DNA of 35,768 bases from Octopus sinensis (Eukaryota): assembly GCF_006345805.1 (NCBI RefSeq), contig NW_021823578.1, positions 1 through 35,768 on the forward strand, in the 5' to 3' direction. Each line of letters begins with the position of its first letter. Position 1 is the stretch's first letter. The position numbers and the translations under genes are program-made. This document shows positions 33,612-35,768 of the stretch, in pieces. The notes under the pieces were generated by a model. The model was not told where the DNA came from. It made no database searches and was given only the letters and a program-made list of their open reading frames with translations.

Positions 33612-35348
33612 GAAGGTTTTAATGGACCTCATCATGAATGTCGAGGACATTCGAGTTGTTCATTTTAATCAAAATGCAGAAAATAATTTTTTGATTTTTT
33701 GGGGGAAGGTTTTAAGGACTTCATCATGTAAGTCGAGGACATTGTAGTTGTTCATTTTAACCAAAATGCAGAAAATTTTTTTTTAATTTTTTTTGGGGGG
33801 GAAGGTTTTAAGGACTTCATCATGTAAGTTGAGGACATTGTAGTTGTTCATTTTAACCAAAATGCAGAAAATTTTTTTTTAATTTTTTTTGGGGGGGAAG
33901 GTTTTAAGGACTTCATCATGTAAGTTGAGGACATTGTAGTTGTTCATTTTAACCAAAATGCAGAAAATTTTTTTTTAATTTTTTTTGGGGGGAAGGTTTT
34001 AAGGACTTCATCATGTAAGTCGAGGACATTGTAGTTGTTCATTTTAACCAAAATGCAGAAAATTTTTTTTTAATTTTTTTTGGGGGGGAAGGTTTTAAGG
34101 ACTTCATCATGTAAGTTGAGGACATTGTAGTTGTTCATTTTAACCAAAATGCAGAAAATTTTTTTTTAATTTTTTTTGGGGGGGAAGGTTTTAAAGACTT
34201 CATCATGTAAGTCGAGGACATTGTAGTTGTTCATTTTAACCAAAATGCAGAAAATTTTTTTTAATTTTTTTGGGGGGGAAGGTTTTAAGGACTTCATCAT
34301 GTAAGTCGAGGACATTGTAGTTGTTCATTTTAACCAAAATGCAGAAAATTTTTTTTTAATTTTTTTGGGGGGAAGGTTTTAAGGACTTCATCATGTAAGT
34401 CGAGGACATTGTAGTTGTTCATTTTAACCAAAATGCAGAAAATTTTTTTTTAATTTTTGGGGGGGAAGGTTTTAAGGACTTCATCATGTAAGTCGAGGAC
34501 ATTGTAGTTGTTCATTTTAACCAAAATGCAGAAAATTTTTTTTTAATTTTTTTTGGGGGGAAGGTTTTAAGGACTTCATCATGTAAGTTGAGGACATTGT
34601 AGTTGTTCATTTTAACCAAAATGCAGAAAATTTTTTTTTAATTTTTTTTGGGGGGAAGGTTTTAAGGACTTCATCATGTAAGTCGAGGACATTGTAGTTG
34701 TTCATTTTAACCAAAATGCAGAAAATTTTTTTTAATTTTTTTTGGGGGAAGGTTTTAAGGACTTCATCATGTAAGTCGAGGACATTGTAGTTGTTCATTT
34801 TAACCAAAATGCAGAAAATTTTTTTTTAATTTTTTTGGGGGGAAGGTTTTAAGGACTTCATCATGTAAGTCGAGGACATTGTAGTTGTTCATTTTAACCA
34901 AAATGCAGAAAATTTTTTTTAATTTTTTTGGGGGGGAAGGTTTTAAGGACTTCATCATGTAAGTCGAGGACATTGTAGTTGTTCATTTTAACCAAAATGC
35001 AGAAAATTTTTTTTTAATTTTTTTTGGGGGAAGGTTTTAAGGACTTCATCATGTAAGTCGAGACATTGTAGTTGTTCATTTTAACCAAAATGCAGAAAAT
35101 TTTTTTTAATTTTTTTTGGGGGAAGGTTTTAAGGACTTCATCATGTAAGTCGAGGACATTGTAGTTGTTCATTTTAACCAAAATGCAGAAAATTTTTTTT
35201 TAATTTTTTTGGGGGGAAGGTTTTAAGGACTTCATCATGTAAGTCGAGGACATTGTAGTTGTTCATTTTAACCAAAATGCAGAAAATTTCTTTTTAATTT
35301 TTTTGGGGGGGAAGGTTTTAAGGACCTCATCATGTAAGTCGAGGACAT
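33612..35348. repeat. Satellite-like array, ~92-96-bp unit, ~18 full copies plus a partial one
   Basis: gaaggtttt occurs 19 times at ~94-bp spacing. Units differ mainly in T/G homopolymer length and one C/T site (gtaagtYgag); the terminal units are more diverged. Confidence 0.97.
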
Positions 35349-35376
35349 CGTATTGCCAATTTGAAGTTGGTGTGCA

Positions 35377-35427
35377 CACACAGACAGACAGACAGACACA
35401 CAGACAGACAGACAGACAGACACACAC
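35377..35427. repeat. (CAGA)n/(CA)n microsatellite in the Helitron 5' region
   Basis: Directly visible. Confidence 0.9.
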
Positions 35428-35768
35428 CATACCATTTTATTATTAAGATATTCTCGCTTTTTATTGTAATTTTTTTTTTTTTTTTCACGTGCGCGTGTTG
35501 TTGTCGTGGTGTACTTTCTGTATTCATTTGTTCATTCGTTATTTGCTATTCAATTATACTATTAATTATTAATTCATTGTGTTAATCATTGTTTCATTCT
35601 ACTTTCTATTGTTCCATTCTATTGTCCTAATCCTTTGTCATTGTTTCAATCTACTTTTTTTTCCTCATGCCTCTCTGTTTCTCTAAAAAGTCGCTTTGTT
35701 GCACTTCGTGCATGCTTAACAACCCCAGGAAGAACGGCTGTCATTGCTCCTCCTGTGACCGTTTTTTC

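Larger units (their letters stand above)
32523..35448 (-). mobile_element. Non-autonomous Helitron with both termini
   Basis: 5' A|TC at 35448 followed by a (GTCT)n microsatellite; 3' hairpin at 32531-32551 then CTAG|T at 32526-32523; AT target and no TSD. PIF1 helicase C-terminus at 32821-32635: FAMTINKAQGQSLKVVGL..FSHGQLYVGCSRVG..TTNIVY. Confidence 0.92.

Noticed and set aside
33612-35348. CRISPR array or repeat-protein gene (MNNYNVLDLHDEVLKTFP...)
   Set aside because: There are no spacers, unit length is not a constant multiple of 3, frames switch and stop, and the array lies inside a Helitron.
1-35768. Alternative genetic code (TAA/TAG or TGA reassigned) to explain the short ORFs
   Set aside because: Splicing removes the internal stops. 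FRG1 and SLC17 end at TAA, KIN17 and GNB end at TGA at the expected C-termini, and Trp is TGG.
35449-35768. Missing first exon of G-beta
   Set aside because: The minus-strand frames have multiple stops and show no coiled-coil match with a suitable phase-1 donor.

Overview
AT-rich eukaryotic nuclear DNA, not prokaryotic. It appears to come from an animal with extremely small spliceosomal introns; I reconstructed about 35 by hand and nearly all are 23-33 nt. Manual splicing recovers five conserved host genes that the ORF track fragments: MRPL45 (5' part, - strand), KIN17 (-, one apparent 1-nt frameshift), FRG1 (+, first intron probably GT-TG), an SLC17/ACS-family MFS transporter (+) and a divergent G-protein beta subunit (-, N-terminal coiled-coil exon not found). 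Most of the remaining DNA is nested, decayed transposable elements. These include RTE-like and Jockey-like LINEs with (TAA)n tails, four 5'-truncated CRE-like (RLE) retrotransposons with TSDs, several Ginger2-like integrase transposons (TGT...ACA TIRs, 5-bp TSDs), a pogo/Tigger element and Tc1-like fragments. There is also a complete non-autonomous Helitron carrying an 18-copy, ~95-bp satellite. The most notable structures are micro-introns inside transposase genes, a Ginger-type MITE that copied 94 bp of neighbouring host DNA, an RTE insertion with a twin-priming-like 5' inversion, a hairpin-rich 52-bp array and the Helitron-borne satellite. All assignments come from motif recognition by eye; no database searches were run.
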